Virus record (IMG/VR): IMGVR_UViG_3300042244_000017
Location: 1 to 36,671 of that record
Direction: 5' to 3' (one strand)
Origin: a virus
Taxonomy: Duplodnaviria; Caudoviricetes
DNA: 36,671 bases
The notes under the pieces are model-generated. The model saw only the letters and a program-made list of their open reading frames with translations. It was not told the origin of the DNA and made no database searches. Position numbers and translations under genes: made by a program. Below are positions 24,808 through 33,176 of the stretch, piece by piece. The number at the start of each line of letters is the position of its first letter. Position 1 is the first letter of the stretch.

Positions 24808-26165
24808 TTTTCGGAATCATCGCATCAACCTTGTCTGCCGCACCTGCCCCGGCTGGTGATACGGTGATTGCCGTTTTCGCCGGTCAGTCGAACATGACGG
24901 CTTTCGAGACCACCGGAAGTGATGTTCCGGTCGATCTTGGTGGCACGGATTCCGGTGTCCGCATCTGGAATACCCACACCTCAGCCCTTGAGGTTTACGA
25001 AGCCGGGGTCAATTCGGACACCTTCAACTTCGGGGCGACCGCTCCGCAGAAGTGGGGACCAGAGGCGGCTTTCGCCAAAGCATTTCGCGCAGCAAACCCG
25101 ACGACACCACTGGTGATTGTCAAACAAGCCCGTAACGGGACACAGTTGGCGCTTCGGACAGGCGAGGACTGGTCGCCAGATTCCACGGGCGATCTTTACG
25201 ACGGGCTAGTGTCCGTGGTTGCGGCCACCAAAGCGGCGCTTGACTCCGAAAGCGTGGCATACACGACGCCCGCCTTCTTCTGGATGCAGGGCGAGGAAGA
25301 CGCCAACAGTAGCACAGCAGGCCCCGCTTACGGGACCAACCTATCAGCGTTTATTTCAGCCGTCAGAACTGACATTGGTAGCGCCGCGACCAAGTTCATC
25401 CTTGGCCGGATTCTGTCGTCCAACAGAACGACGACAAGCACGATCAAAGCGTTTCAAACACTTGTTGCAGATACTACTGCCGACACCACGGCAATTGACA
25501 TGGACGATTACCCAATCGCCGCCGATATTGTTCATATTTTGATCGGCGGTATTCGCTCGCTGGGTCAAGATTTCTTTGCGGCCTTTGCGGGCACGTATCA
25601 AGACAGCCTTCCGATGGCCTATGGGACCGTTGTTGATGACCGCCGAACGGGTGTTGTCTTCACCAACGCTAGGCAGACAGCCGAAGCCCCTGGCACCACT
25701 GCCACGGCTTTCTATGTTGCGCGGGGTAACAAGGTCCCGACCACGGGCAAACACTATATCGAGTTCGGGATCGATGCACAGATCGCCAACCTGAATATCG
25801 GTATCGGTCGGAGCGTTTCGCTCACCGGGTTTTTCGGGCAGACAGTCAGCAGTGTTGGGTATGCGGCAAACGGAGCAGTGGTCAAGACGAACGCCACGAT
25901 CCAAACTTATGCCTCTTACGCGGCGGGCGACCGAATCATGATGGCTTTCGACGGGACGACCGGCCAAATTTGGTTCGGTAAAAACGGAACATGGAATGGC
26001 GACCCCGCAGCAGGCACGGGTGCCGCAACAACGATCCCGGCAGCTACCCCGACCGATTCACCTCGCATTGGTGCCACCTTGCGGCGCAGTGGGGATCGGG
26101 TGACGATCAAACCAAAGGCCGCCGATTGGGCATACAGTCCACCGACCGGCTTCGGAGCCTTCTAA
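24804..26165 (+). CDS. Sialate O-acetylesterase-like (SGNH) plus SPRY-like domain; probable receptor-binding protein
   Basis: AGQSNM, GPE, WMQGEEDA and DIVH blocks; C-terminal 'TGKHYIEF...GDRIMMAFD..TGQIWFGKNGTW...PPTGF'. Confidence 0.82.
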   Translation: MIFGIIASTLSAAPAPAGDTVIAVFAGQSNMTAFETTGSDVPVDLGGTDSGVRIWNTHTSALEVYEAGVNSDTFNFGATAPQKWGPEAAFAKAFRAANPTTPLVIVKQARNGTQLALRTGEDWSPDSTGDLYDGLVSVVAATKAALDSESVAYTTPAFFWMQGEEDANSSTAGPAYGTNLSAFISAVRTDIGSAATKFILGRILSSNRTTTSTIKAFQTLVADTTADTTAIDMDDYPIAADIVHILIGGIRSLGQDFFAAFAGTYQDSLPMAYGTVVDDRRTGVVFTNARQTAEAPGTTATAFYVARGNKVPTTGKHYIEFGIDAQIANLNIGIGRSVSLTGFFGQTVSSVGYAANGAVVKTNATIQTYASYAAGDRIMMAFDGTTGQIWFGKNGTWNGDPAAGTGAATTIPAATPTDSPRIGATLRRSGDRVTIKPKAADWAYSPPTGFGAF

Positions 26166-26213
26166 AAACAATTCACTTTTCGGGTTCCCTGTCACCCTTG
26201 CTCACGTTAAACC

Positions 26214-26228
26214 TCACCTTTAAGGTGA
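26214..26228. promoter_or_regulatory. 15-bp operator-like motif
   Basis: TCACCTTTAAGGTGA, a perfect palindrome upstream of the holin. Confidence 0.7.
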
Positions 26229-26237
26229 ATCAGGAAG

Positions 26238-26480
26238 ATGAGCACGATGTTCGGTTGGTTGCGCCCTTTACGTCGAGAATTTTGGCAGATCGTGCCCGAC
26301 TGGCGCGACTGGCACCGCCTCATGTCCAACCAGGCCAACGTGCTTGGGACGATGGCATTGAGCGTCGCGATCGCACTCAACGCCGACCGTTGGGTCCTGC
26401 TCACCATCCTCATCGTCACGGCTATCGCAATCATGGTCGGAACCCTGATCGAACAGCCCGAGGTGCAGCGTGAAAAGTAA
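26238..26480 (+). CDS. Putative holin
   Basis: Two hydrophobic segments, 'VPDWRDWHRLMSNQA'; directly upstream of the endolysin. Confidence 0.65.
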   Translation: MSTMFGWLRPLRREFWQIVPDWRDWHRLMSNQANVLGTMALSVAIALNADRWVLLTILIVTAIAIMVGTLIEQPEVQREK

Positions 26481-27150
26481 ACCGCAAACACAGAAGCCAG
26501 CAGCCGTCGGTCGCAAAACCGGCCTTGCTGCGGGCGTGGTCGGCATTCTCGGGGCAATCTTCGCTCTTGAAGGTGGTTTCGTCGATCACAAGAACGATCC
26601 CGGTGGCGCGACCAATCACGGGATCACCGCTGCGGTTGCCCGCAAGCATGGCTTCAAAGGTGATATGCGCGATCTGCCGCGCTGGTGCCCCGACGCTCTC
26701 AACCAGATGATCGCGGACGCAGAGGCGAGCCGCCCGGTTCGCATGGTCAAGCCGTGCGCCGATACGATCCTGTTCATCGACTACCTCGAACGCCCGAAGT
26801 TGCTCCCGCTCGTCGCAATTGACGCCGCAGTGGCGAAAGAGGTGGCCGACACGACAACCAACATGGGGCCTGCTCGTCCCGCGCGGTTCTTTCAGCGGGC
26901 AGTCAACGAGGTCTGCAATACGACTCTCGCCGCCGACGGGAAGATCGGCCCCGCGACAATTGCCGCTTGGGCGCAATGCCGCGACCATCTTGGCCCCAAG
27001 TCGTGCGTGACGATGCTTGACAGCCTCGATCGCCAGCAGCGCGCCGAATATGATCGCCTGGTGCGCGTCAACGGCAAGCTGCGCGTGTTCTATCGCGGCT
27101 GGATCAATCACCGCATCGGCAACGTGAAGCGTTCGGAGTGCGAGGCATGA
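26470..27150 (+). CDS. Endolysin, glycoside hydrolase family 108, with SAR-like N-terminus
   Basis: 'EGGFVDHKNDPGGATNHGIT', 'DGKIGPAT', 'FYRGWINHR'; Gly/Ala-rich hydrophobic segment before the catalytic E. Confidence 0.92.
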   Translation: MKSKPQTQKPAAVGRKTGLAAGVVGILGAIFALEGGFVDHKNDPGGATNHGITAAVARKHGFKGDMRDLPRWCPDALNQMIADAEASRPVRMVKPCADTILFIDYLERPKLLPLVAIDAAVAKEVADTTTNMGPARPARFFQRAVNEVCNTTLAADGKIGPATIAAWAQCRDHLGPKSCVTMLDSLDRQQRAEYDRLVRVNGKLRVFYRGWINHRIGNVKRSECEA

Positions 27151-27569
27151 TCCTCGGCACCCTCTATGACAAACTGATCGCAGGCGGCCTCGGTGTGGCA
27201 CTGGTGATCTCGGTCGGCGTCAACGTGAAGCAGAGCTTCGACAAGCGCGGTCTGCGCACCGAGATCGCCACGCTCGACAAGCAGATCAACGACCCCAAGA
27301 TCGGTCTCGTTGCACGCCTAGGCACCTGCCGCGCGAGCGTCACGACACTCGAAACGGCCCTCTCGCAGCAGAACGAGTCCATCGCGATCTCGGCGGCCAA
27401 GGGCGCGCGGGCTATCGCCAAGGCGACCGAAGCTGTTGCCGAGGCCAAAACGATCACTCGTGACGCTCAGCGGCGCGTGGACGCGGCCCTAGCCGACACG
27501 ATCAAAGGCTCAACCGAACTTGAGCGCGCCCGCGATGTCGATCGCAAAGTCATGGAGAGCCTGCGATGA
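27147..27569 (+). CDS. Inner-membrane spanin (Rz-like)
   Basis: ATGA-coupled start, N-terminal TM segment, coiled coil. Confidence 0.75.
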   Translation: MILGTLYDKLIAGGLGVALVISVGVNVKQSFDKRGLRTEIATLDKQINDPKIGLVARLGTCRASVTTLETALSQQNESIAISAAKGARAIAKATEAVAEAKTITRDAQRRVDAALADTIKGSTELERARDVDRKVMESLR

Positions 27570-27865
27570 ATACCAAGATCGTCCTCGGAATGGCGCTCGC
27601 CGCTTCCGCGCTGTCAGGCTGCACAACTGTTGCGCGGGAACCGGAAGTTCGCACTCAGCGCGTTGTGATCGAGAAGCCGGTGTCCTGTGTGCCCAAGAAC
27701 CTCGGTCCCGCCCCGACCTATCCCGACACCGATGAAGCACTGCGGAAGGCGCACGATCTTGCCGAACGCTACCTTCTCCTGTGGGCGGGCCGCGAACTTC
27801 GTTCCGCGCGCCTCGGGGAAACCGAACCCGTTATCCAAACCTGCAAGGACGCAATCGATGAGTGA
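27566..27865 (+). CDS. Outer-membrane spanin lipoprotein (Rz1-like)
   Basis: Lipobox LSG-C, Pro-rich periplasmic part, additional Cys residues. Confidence 0.8.
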   Translation: MNTKIVLGMALAASALSGCTTVAREPEVRTQRVVIEKPVSCVPKNLGPAPTYPDTDEALRKAHDLAERYLLLWAGRELRSARLGETEPVIQTCKDAIDE

Positions 27866-28214
27866 AAACTCCGACTATGACGCGCATCTCCAAGTCTTGC
27901 AGCAGATCACAATCAACCTCGCCGCCGTTACCACTCAGATTGCCGCCCTCGATCAGATTCAGCGCCATACCCTTGAGCGCCTAGTGCGCGTCGAAGAGCG
28001 TCAAGCCAACTGGTCCACGGTCGGCGAGCGCATCGATAAAATCGAAGGTGTTCTGCACGATCGGCTCAATTCGCACTCCGACCGGATCATGCAACTCGAA
28101 GCCCGAGGCCACCGCCTCGACGGTGCCGGGAACGTCGTCGATTGGTTGAACAAACTCTGGCCGATCATTGCGGCAGCCATCGGAGTTATTGGGGTTTTTC
28201 TCGGTTTCAGATAA
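27858..28214 (+). CDS. Coiled-coil protein with C-terminal TM (lysis-associated)
   Basis: ATG 27858 with AAGGA SD; 'ERLVRVEERQ' and hydrophobic C-terminus. Confidence 0.65.
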   Translation: MSENSDYDAHLQVLQQITINLAAVTTQIAALDQIQRHTLERLVRVEERQANWSTVGERIDKIEGVLHDRLNSHSDRIMQLEARGHRLDGAGNVVDWLNKLWPIIAAAIGVIGVFLGFR

Positions 28215-28225
28215 GGGGTCGCTTG

Positions 28226-29896
28226 GTGCCAAATGCGCTGCATAGCGAGGCGAATTTCCTCGCGGTTTGGAACGATCACGTCCGCTTTCCTCGGCTCGAA
28301 GAGGTTGCCGAGCAGCTAGGTCAGACAAAAGAGTCGGTCTCGAAACGGGCCTCGCGCATCCGGGGCAAAAAATCCGCGCCTTTTGTGCTCGACCGCCTCA
28401 ACCAATACCGGGCCGAATTGAATGAGCAGGCACGGGCCACCGGAGATCGGACCAAGAGTAGGCACATCCGCAAGGTTGTCGCTGCGCCCCGCCGTATTGA
28501 CCGCTGGCTGGTGACGGCGGCCCAAGACGAAACCACTGTTTCTGAGCCGTTCTGGTCGAACCTGATCGCATATGCCGAAGAGATCGGCGCGCGCCTGGTG
28601 GTCGGCGGGTTCACATATCAGAAGGGTCTTTTCGAGGATCACGCAACGCGCACTGCGGTCTTCCCCGATAAAGTGCAGCCCTATCTCCTGCACGAGAACG
28701 AGATGCTCGGCCCGCTCCTGTTCGCGGCCAAGATGAATATCTTGCCGACCGCGACCCGGCCTCTGTCGGGATTGGAGACCTACTCGCGCGGTGCTTGGTG
28801 CATCTTCCCGCACGCGAAGCGCCAGCTTGTGTCTGTGCCCGCCCTACCGGGCCAGCATCCGGCTATGGTGATGACGAGCGGCACTTGCACTGTCCCGAAC
28901 TACGTCGAGAAAAAGGCTGGCCTCAAGGCCGAGTTTCACCATGCCATCGGGGCCACCATCGTCGAGGTGGACGAGCAGCGCCGGGTCTTCTGCCGCCAGA
29001 TCGACGCGGCCAAGGACGGCTCGTTCCAAGACCTTGATGTGTTGGTGCGCGACGGTTTGATCTTCAAGGATCAACGAATCGAGCAGGCCACTTGGGGCGA
29101 TATTCACCGGGAAAAGATCGATCCGGCAGTAGCCCGCGCAATTTGGGGCTTCGATGTCGAGAGCGAAGAGATCGTCGAGATCGAGGGGACGTTGTTTCAC
29201 ACCCTGAAACCCCGCCACCAAGCCTTCCACGATATCCTCGATTTCATGGCCCGGAACCATCACCGCCGCGGCGACCACCACTTCATGTTTGACATGATCC
29301 GGGGAGGCACCGATTCGGTCGATGAAGCCAACCGGGCGTGCGCTCGGTTTCTGCGGATTACAGCAACAGACTGGTGCAAGAGCGTGGTGGTCGCATCGAA
29401 TCACAACGACGCCCTTCCGCGCTGGCTGCGCGAGGCCGATCCAAGGTTAGACCCGACCAACCTGCGAACGTGGTGCCACCTCAACGACCGATACTATCGC
29501 GCGATCGAGGAAGGCGAAGAGCACTTCGACATCTTCCAATATGCTCTGTCCCGGCACGACGAGCGCGGCCTCGAAGACATCGCCTTCGTCCCTAGGAACG
29601 GCTCCTATGTGGTTTGCCAGGAGCACGGCGGGATCGAGACTGCATTGCACGGGGACATGGGGCCGAACGGCGCGCGCGGATCGGCGACAAATCTCATCAA
29701 GGTCGCCACCCGAATGAACATCGGGCACTCGCATTCCGCGGCGATAATTGATGGCGTTTATGTGGCTGGTCTGTGTGGGCTGCTCGACCAGGGTTATAAC
29801 CAAGGGCCGAGCGGTTGGAGCCACACACAGATCATCACCTATCCGAACTCGAAGAGGACGCTTCTCACAATCCTCGACGGCAAATGGCGGGCCTAG
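28226..29896 (+). CDS. T5 A1-like protein (N-terminal HTH plus calcineurin-like metallophosphoesterase/nuclease)
   Basis: GTG 28226 with AAGGGG SD; 'TAAQ..T', 'FTYQK', 'KAGLKAEFHH', metal motifs GDIH, HD, SNHND, HGD and GHSH. Confidence 0.75.
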   Translation: MPNALHSEANFLAVWNDHVRFPRLEEVAEQLGQTKESVSKRASRIRGKKSAPFVLDRLNQYRAELNEQARATGDRTKSRHIRKVVAAPRRIDRWLVTAAQDETTVSEPFWSNLIAYAEEIGARLVVGGFTYQKGLFEDHATRTAVFPDKVQPYLLHENEMLGPLLFAAKMNILPTATRPLSGLETYSRGAWCIFPHAKRQLVSVPALPGQHPAMVMTSGTCTVPNYVEKKAGLKAEFHHAIGATIVEVDEQRRVFCRQIDAAKDGSFQDLDVLVRDGLIFKDQRIEQATWGDIHREKIDPAVARAIWGFDVESEEIVEIEGTLFHTLKPRHQAFHDILDFMARNHHRRGDHHFMFDMIRGGTDSVDEANRACARFLRITATDWCKSVVVASNHNDALPRWLREADPRLDPTNLRTWCHLNDRYYRAIEEGEEHFDIFQYALSRHDERGLEDIAFVPRNGSYVVCQEHGGIETALHGDMGPNGARGSATNLIKVATRMNIGHSHSAAIIDGVYVAGLCGLLDQGYNQGPSGWSHTQIITYPNSKRTLLTILDGKWRA

Positions 29897-30216
29897 GCCG
29901 CTAAACACATCTCTGACTGTGGCTTTGCGAGCGCTGCAATTTCCCCGACGCGGGTAAGGAAGCCGATCTCGACCCCTTCGAGGGATGGCATACAAGCCAC
30001 AACCTTCGGCAAAAGCATTGCCAATTCCTCGGCGTCACACCGCTCGAACATTTCATCGGCGAGTTTACGACCGAGCGCCGTTTCGTCGGCCCAACTTGAA
30101 ATTTTGTCACGCTCAGGAACCATCCAGTAGTTCATAATTTTGCCCATCGAATATCCAAAAAAGCTAGGCAGGTGCGACCCTATACTGGCGATCATTTCAT
30201 TTTTCCTCTTGCTCAC
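29893..30216 (-). CDS. Hypothetical protein (start may be 30147 or 30135)
   Basis: Open ORF convergent with the A1-like gene; AT-richer upstream region. Confidence 0.5.
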   Translation of the reverse strand: MSKRKNEMIASIGSHLPSFFGYSMGKIMNYWMVPERDKISSWADETALGRKLADEMFERCDAEELAMLLPKVVACMPSLEGVEIGFLTRVGEIAALAKPQSEMCLAA

Positions 30217-30286
30217 CGCCTGTTATGTGGGGCGCGGCGCGAATCCCTAAACCCTTTGGTTCAACAGGTTGCGTAGGTAACAAATC

Positions 30287-30301
30287 TCAACATTTTGTTG
30301 A
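30287..30301. promoter_or_regulatory. 15-bp operator-like motif
   Basis: TCAACATTTTGTTGA downstream of the amino-MTase. Confidence 0.65.
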
Positions 30302-30320
30302 AGCCCTTATTTACGATTCT

Positions 30321-31499
30321 CTATAGGAGATCGTCGAGATTGTAGGAAAGTGTGCCCTTCCGGGGCAGAATTTCAAGCCTCGCCCGGATGTCCTCGGCAT
30401 ATTCCGCTTGTCCTTCGATCAGGATGCAATCGAAGCCTTCTGCCATCGCGGCAGCAGCCGTCGTTCCTGTGCCAGCGAAAGGATCGAGGACGGTGCCACC
30501 GGGCGGCGTGACGAGGCGGACCAGATGGCGCATCAGGCCGATTGGCTTAACCGTCGGATGGCCGCGCAGTTTACGGTTGCCATGATTGTCTATGCACTCG
30601 CAACCCGGCTTGATGCCGACACCGTGCTCCCCGCAGATCGAGCATTGGAACACCCGATCCTTGGTCGACGCCTTGCTGTGGTAATAGACCGCTTCCGGCT
30701 CGACCGGGAAGGCGTTAAAGAAACGCTCCGAGGAATCGGGGAATACGGACTGAGCCTGTTCGCTGCCGTCGTGCAGAAGATTGGCCGGATATCGACCTTC
30801 ATCTGATCCGCTTGTCCTATGTGGGCCTGGAACATAACCGTCGCTCGCATAAGCACTACCGGGCTTCCCTTTGCTTCTCATTCGCTGATTGCTAGTTCGG
30901 ATCGTGCTTTCGTCGGTAGGCACCCGGCAGCCGTTGATATTGAGCGCGCCGACGCCGTGCTTCCGCAAGTTCGCCAGCCCGGTTTTCTCCGAGAAGGGGC
31001 GCTGCGCAAAATAGATCGGTTCGAGCGCAGGTTTGAGCGAGGCCGCGCCGAACTTCCAGCCTTCCCAATCGGCGCCAGCTTCGCCCGCGTCCTTGGCCTT
31101 GGGGAATCCTGAACCGAAGACCCATCCCGTCATAGGGTGCATGATGAATCCGGCCTGTTCCATTGCAACGGCCTGCCAGTGGCCGGTGCGCGCGCCGGAA
31201 AAGGCAAGACAGAAGCCGCCTGGGAGCAGGATGTCATGCACGAGCCGCCAGAACTCGGGATCGCGCTCGATACCGCTGCCGTCCCATTGCTGGCCCATGA
31301 AGCCCGCTCCGGTGCGTGTGAACGCCCCGTCGTTACCCTGACGCTTGGCTGGCGCGGCGCTGGCCTTCCCGAAGCGCTTGACGACGCTGGTGAGGCCGTA
31401 GGGCGGATCAGTGACGACGGAATGCACGCGCACGCCCTCGTCGATCAGGCGACGCAGATGTTCGCGGTTATCGCCTTGCAGCAATTCGATCTGGCTCAC
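30321..31499 (-). CDS. N6-adenine/N4-cytosine DNA methyltransferase, beta class
   Basis: TDPPY precedes HPTVKP and LDPFAGTGTT; Cys-rich insert CSIC...CEC. Confidence 0.92.
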   Translation of the reverse strand: MSQIELLQGDNREHLRRLIDEGVRVHSVVTDPPYGLTSVVKRFGKASAAPAKRQGNDGAFTRTGAGFMGQQWDGSGIERDPEFWRLVHDILLPGGFCLAFSGARTGHWQAVAMEQAGFIMHPMTGWVFGSGFPKAKDAGEAGADWEGWKFGAASLKPALEPIYFAQRPFSEKTGLANLRKHGVGALNINGCRVPTDESTIRTSNQRMRSKGKPGSAYASDGYVPGPHRTSGSDEGRYPANLLHDGSEQAQSVFPDSSERFFNAFPVEPEAVYYHSKASTKDRVFQCSICGEHGVGIKPGCECIDNHGNRKLRGHPTVKPIGLMRHLVRLVTPPGGTVLDPFAGTGTTAAAAMAEGFDCILIEGQAEYAEDIRARLEILPRKGTLSYNLDDLL

Positions 31500-31675
31500 G
31501 GCTGGTCCAATCCCTGTTCGATGTCCGACCGCAAGGCTTCCATGCAGTGCCGCGCGTAGGCACCCTCGTCGCCGAGTTCACCCTTCTCTCGCCGCTTGAT
31601 GCCCTCGATCTTGCTGTCAATGTGAGCGAGGATAGACTGCCGCTCCTCGCTGATTTCGTTGCGCGGCGGAATCAC
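31496..31675 (-). CDS. Small hypothetical protein (59 aa, absent from the ORF track)
   Basis: GTG 31675 overlaps the GapR stop and TGA overlaps the MTase GTG; MIPPRNEISEERQSILAHIDSKIE... Confidence 0.7.
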   Translation of the reverse strand: MIPPRNEISEERQSILAHIDSKIEGIKRREKGELGDEGAYARHCMEALRSDIEQGLDQP

Positions 31676-31959
31676 AGATCGAGCGCCATGCTCATGCCGA
31701 GGGCGCTGAGATAGGTTTCGAGAAGGACTTGCTGCTCGCTCCGATCGTCAGGCTTCATCTTGCGAATCTGGATCACCTTGCGAATGATCTTGGGATCGTA
31801 ACCGACGGCCTTCGCCTCGGCGTAAACGTCCTTGATATCGTCGCTGATGCCCTTCTTCTCTTCGTCGAGCCGCTCGATCCGCTCGATCAGCAGCAGCAGC
31901 CGATCATCACTTGCTTCCGACATTCCGATATCCTTCGAGTTGTGGCCGATGCCAGTCAT
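31672..31959 (-). CDS. gapR: GapR/DUF2312 nucleoid-associated protein homologue
   Basis: 'GHNS...IERIERLDEEKKGISDDIKDVYAEAKAVGYDPKIIRKVI..RK...LLETY..ALGM'. Confidence 0.92.
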   Translation of the reverse strand: MTGIGHNSKDIGMSEASDDRLLLLIERIERLDEEKKGISDDIKDVYAEAKAVGYDPKIIRKVIQIRKMKPDDRSEQQVLLETYLSALGMSMALDL

Positions 31960-31966
31960 GGGAAAT

Positions 31967-31981
31967 TCACTCCTAAGTTGA
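31967..31981. promoter_or_regulatory. 15-bp operator-like motif
   Basis: TCACTCCTAAGTTGA overlapping the gapR SD. Confidence 0.7.
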
Positions 31982-31989
31982 AAATGCGA

Positions 31990-32517
31990 TCACAGAAGGG
32001 CGCGTTGATCGGAAAAATCGATCAATCGAACGAGGTCGGCAACCGCAGGATAGAGGTCGTCGAGGTCCCCGTTGTTGTCGATCAGGTGCATGGCCCCCGG
32101 ATCGAACTCAATCTGCATCGTAGGATCGTGCGCGGTGATCCGGCTGGCCGCATCGACCCAAATCACCGCGTCGAACAGGTGCCGGGAGCCAACGTATTCG
32201 CGCGGCGTCCGCATCCCGACGTAGCAGTCGCACTCGGCGAGAATCATCTTGGCGAGGCGAGCCGGGTCTTCGGCGTTGAAGTCCGCGATGATGTCGCGCC
32301 AGAGTTCGCGGTGATTGCCGCGATCATCATAGCACGCTTTGAGGCTAGGGTAGCTGATGCCCCGGCGATCGAGTTCCGGCTGCACCACCTTCTCAGCGAG
32401 ATAATAACTCGACGAGATGAAACTGAAACCATGTTCGGCCCGAAGAATCTCGGCGACCGTATCCTTGCCATGCCGTCCGTGGCCGAGAATAAGCAGGCGG
32501 GGTTTTCCTTCGTTCAT
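31990..32517 (-). CDS. P-loop kinase, dNMP kinase-like
   Basis: ATGA-coupled start 32517 with GAGGA SD; GHGRHGKDT, YVGMR..RE and IDNNG motifs. Confidence 0.72.
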   Translation of the reverse strand: MNEGKPRLLILGHGRHGKDTVAEILRAEHGFSFISSSYYLAEKVVQPELDRRGISYPSLKACYDDRGNHRELWRDIIADFNAEDPARLAKMILAECDCYVGMRTPREYVGSRHLFDAVIWVDAASRITAHDPTMQIEFDPGAMHLIDNNGDLDDLYPAVADLVRLIDFSDQRALL

Positions 32518-32837
32518 AGCAAATCCTCGATTCCTTCTGGCTCTCCGGTAGCTGCGGCTCGGAACGCATAGAAGGCGTCCCAAATCCGCTTGCTTAGTTC
32601 GCGCCCGCACTCGGAGAGGGCCTGCTTGAGCACGTCAAAACGGTCGTCCCCCTCAGCCATCGGCCCGACCGGCGTTTGGTTGAGGGGTTTGGTGAGATCG
32701 CGCTCAAACTCGACCACCTGGGCCTGCCAGCGGTTGCCGGGTTTCGACCACCTGACATGGAGCGTCCCGCCCGTGCAGAATGCCCGGAAGAAGTCGCTCC
32801 ACTCAGGAAGGCAGGTGAGATCGCTGTTCGAGCGCAT
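32514..32837 (-). CDS. Hypothetical protein
   Basis: Tightly packed in the early operon; ends IEDLL. Confidence 0.65.
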   Translation of the reverse strand: MRSNSDLTCLPEWSDFFRAFCTGGTLHVRWSKPGNRWQAQVVEFERDLTKPLNQTPVGPMAEGDDRFDVLKQALSECGRELSKRIWDAFYAFRAAATGEPEGIEDLL

Positions 32838-32840
32838 GGA

Positions 32841-33176
32841 TCAGGAGAATGCCCGCTCAGCGATCATTCGAAGCACATCGCGGCCCTTGTGGCTGATCTC
32901 GACCAAGGCTGCCCCATCTGCCCGCCGATTGACGTGCCGGGTGAGGCCATGAACCGCAAGGAGCCACAAATCAGACGAAGAGTAGAGTCTGCACGTCCGG
33001 GCCACGATCGGCCCCTTGTTTGCCAACGTCAGCGCCATGTGAGCGTCAGGTCGAGCGAAAACAGCCTGAGCCGATTCCGCGTCAGGGATGCAGGTGATCG
33101 CGATATGGGCGAACGGATGCACGGCTGCCTTCTTGGCAGAGCGAATCACGAAGTCACTGAGGCCCTGCATCAGCAC
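32841..33176 (-). CDS. Hypothetical protein
   Basis: Fills the gap between neighbours with an overlapping start (ATG 33173 likely). Confidence 0.55.
   Translation of the reverse strand: MLMQGLSDFVIRSAKKAAVHPFAHIAITCIPDAESAQAVFARPDAHMALTLANKGPIVARTCRLYSSSDLWLLAVHGLTRHVNRRADGAALVEISHKGRDVLRMIAERAFS

Noticed and set aside
18741-26165. Diversity-generating retroelement or invertible tail-fibre system
   Set aside because: No reverse transcriptase, TR/VR pair, invertase or flanking inverted repeats seen.
28142-28225. Upstream extensions in the ORF track (also 465, 8783, 27687, 32610, 35110)
   Set aside because: Downstream starts have better SD sequences or stop/start coupling and avoid long overlaps.
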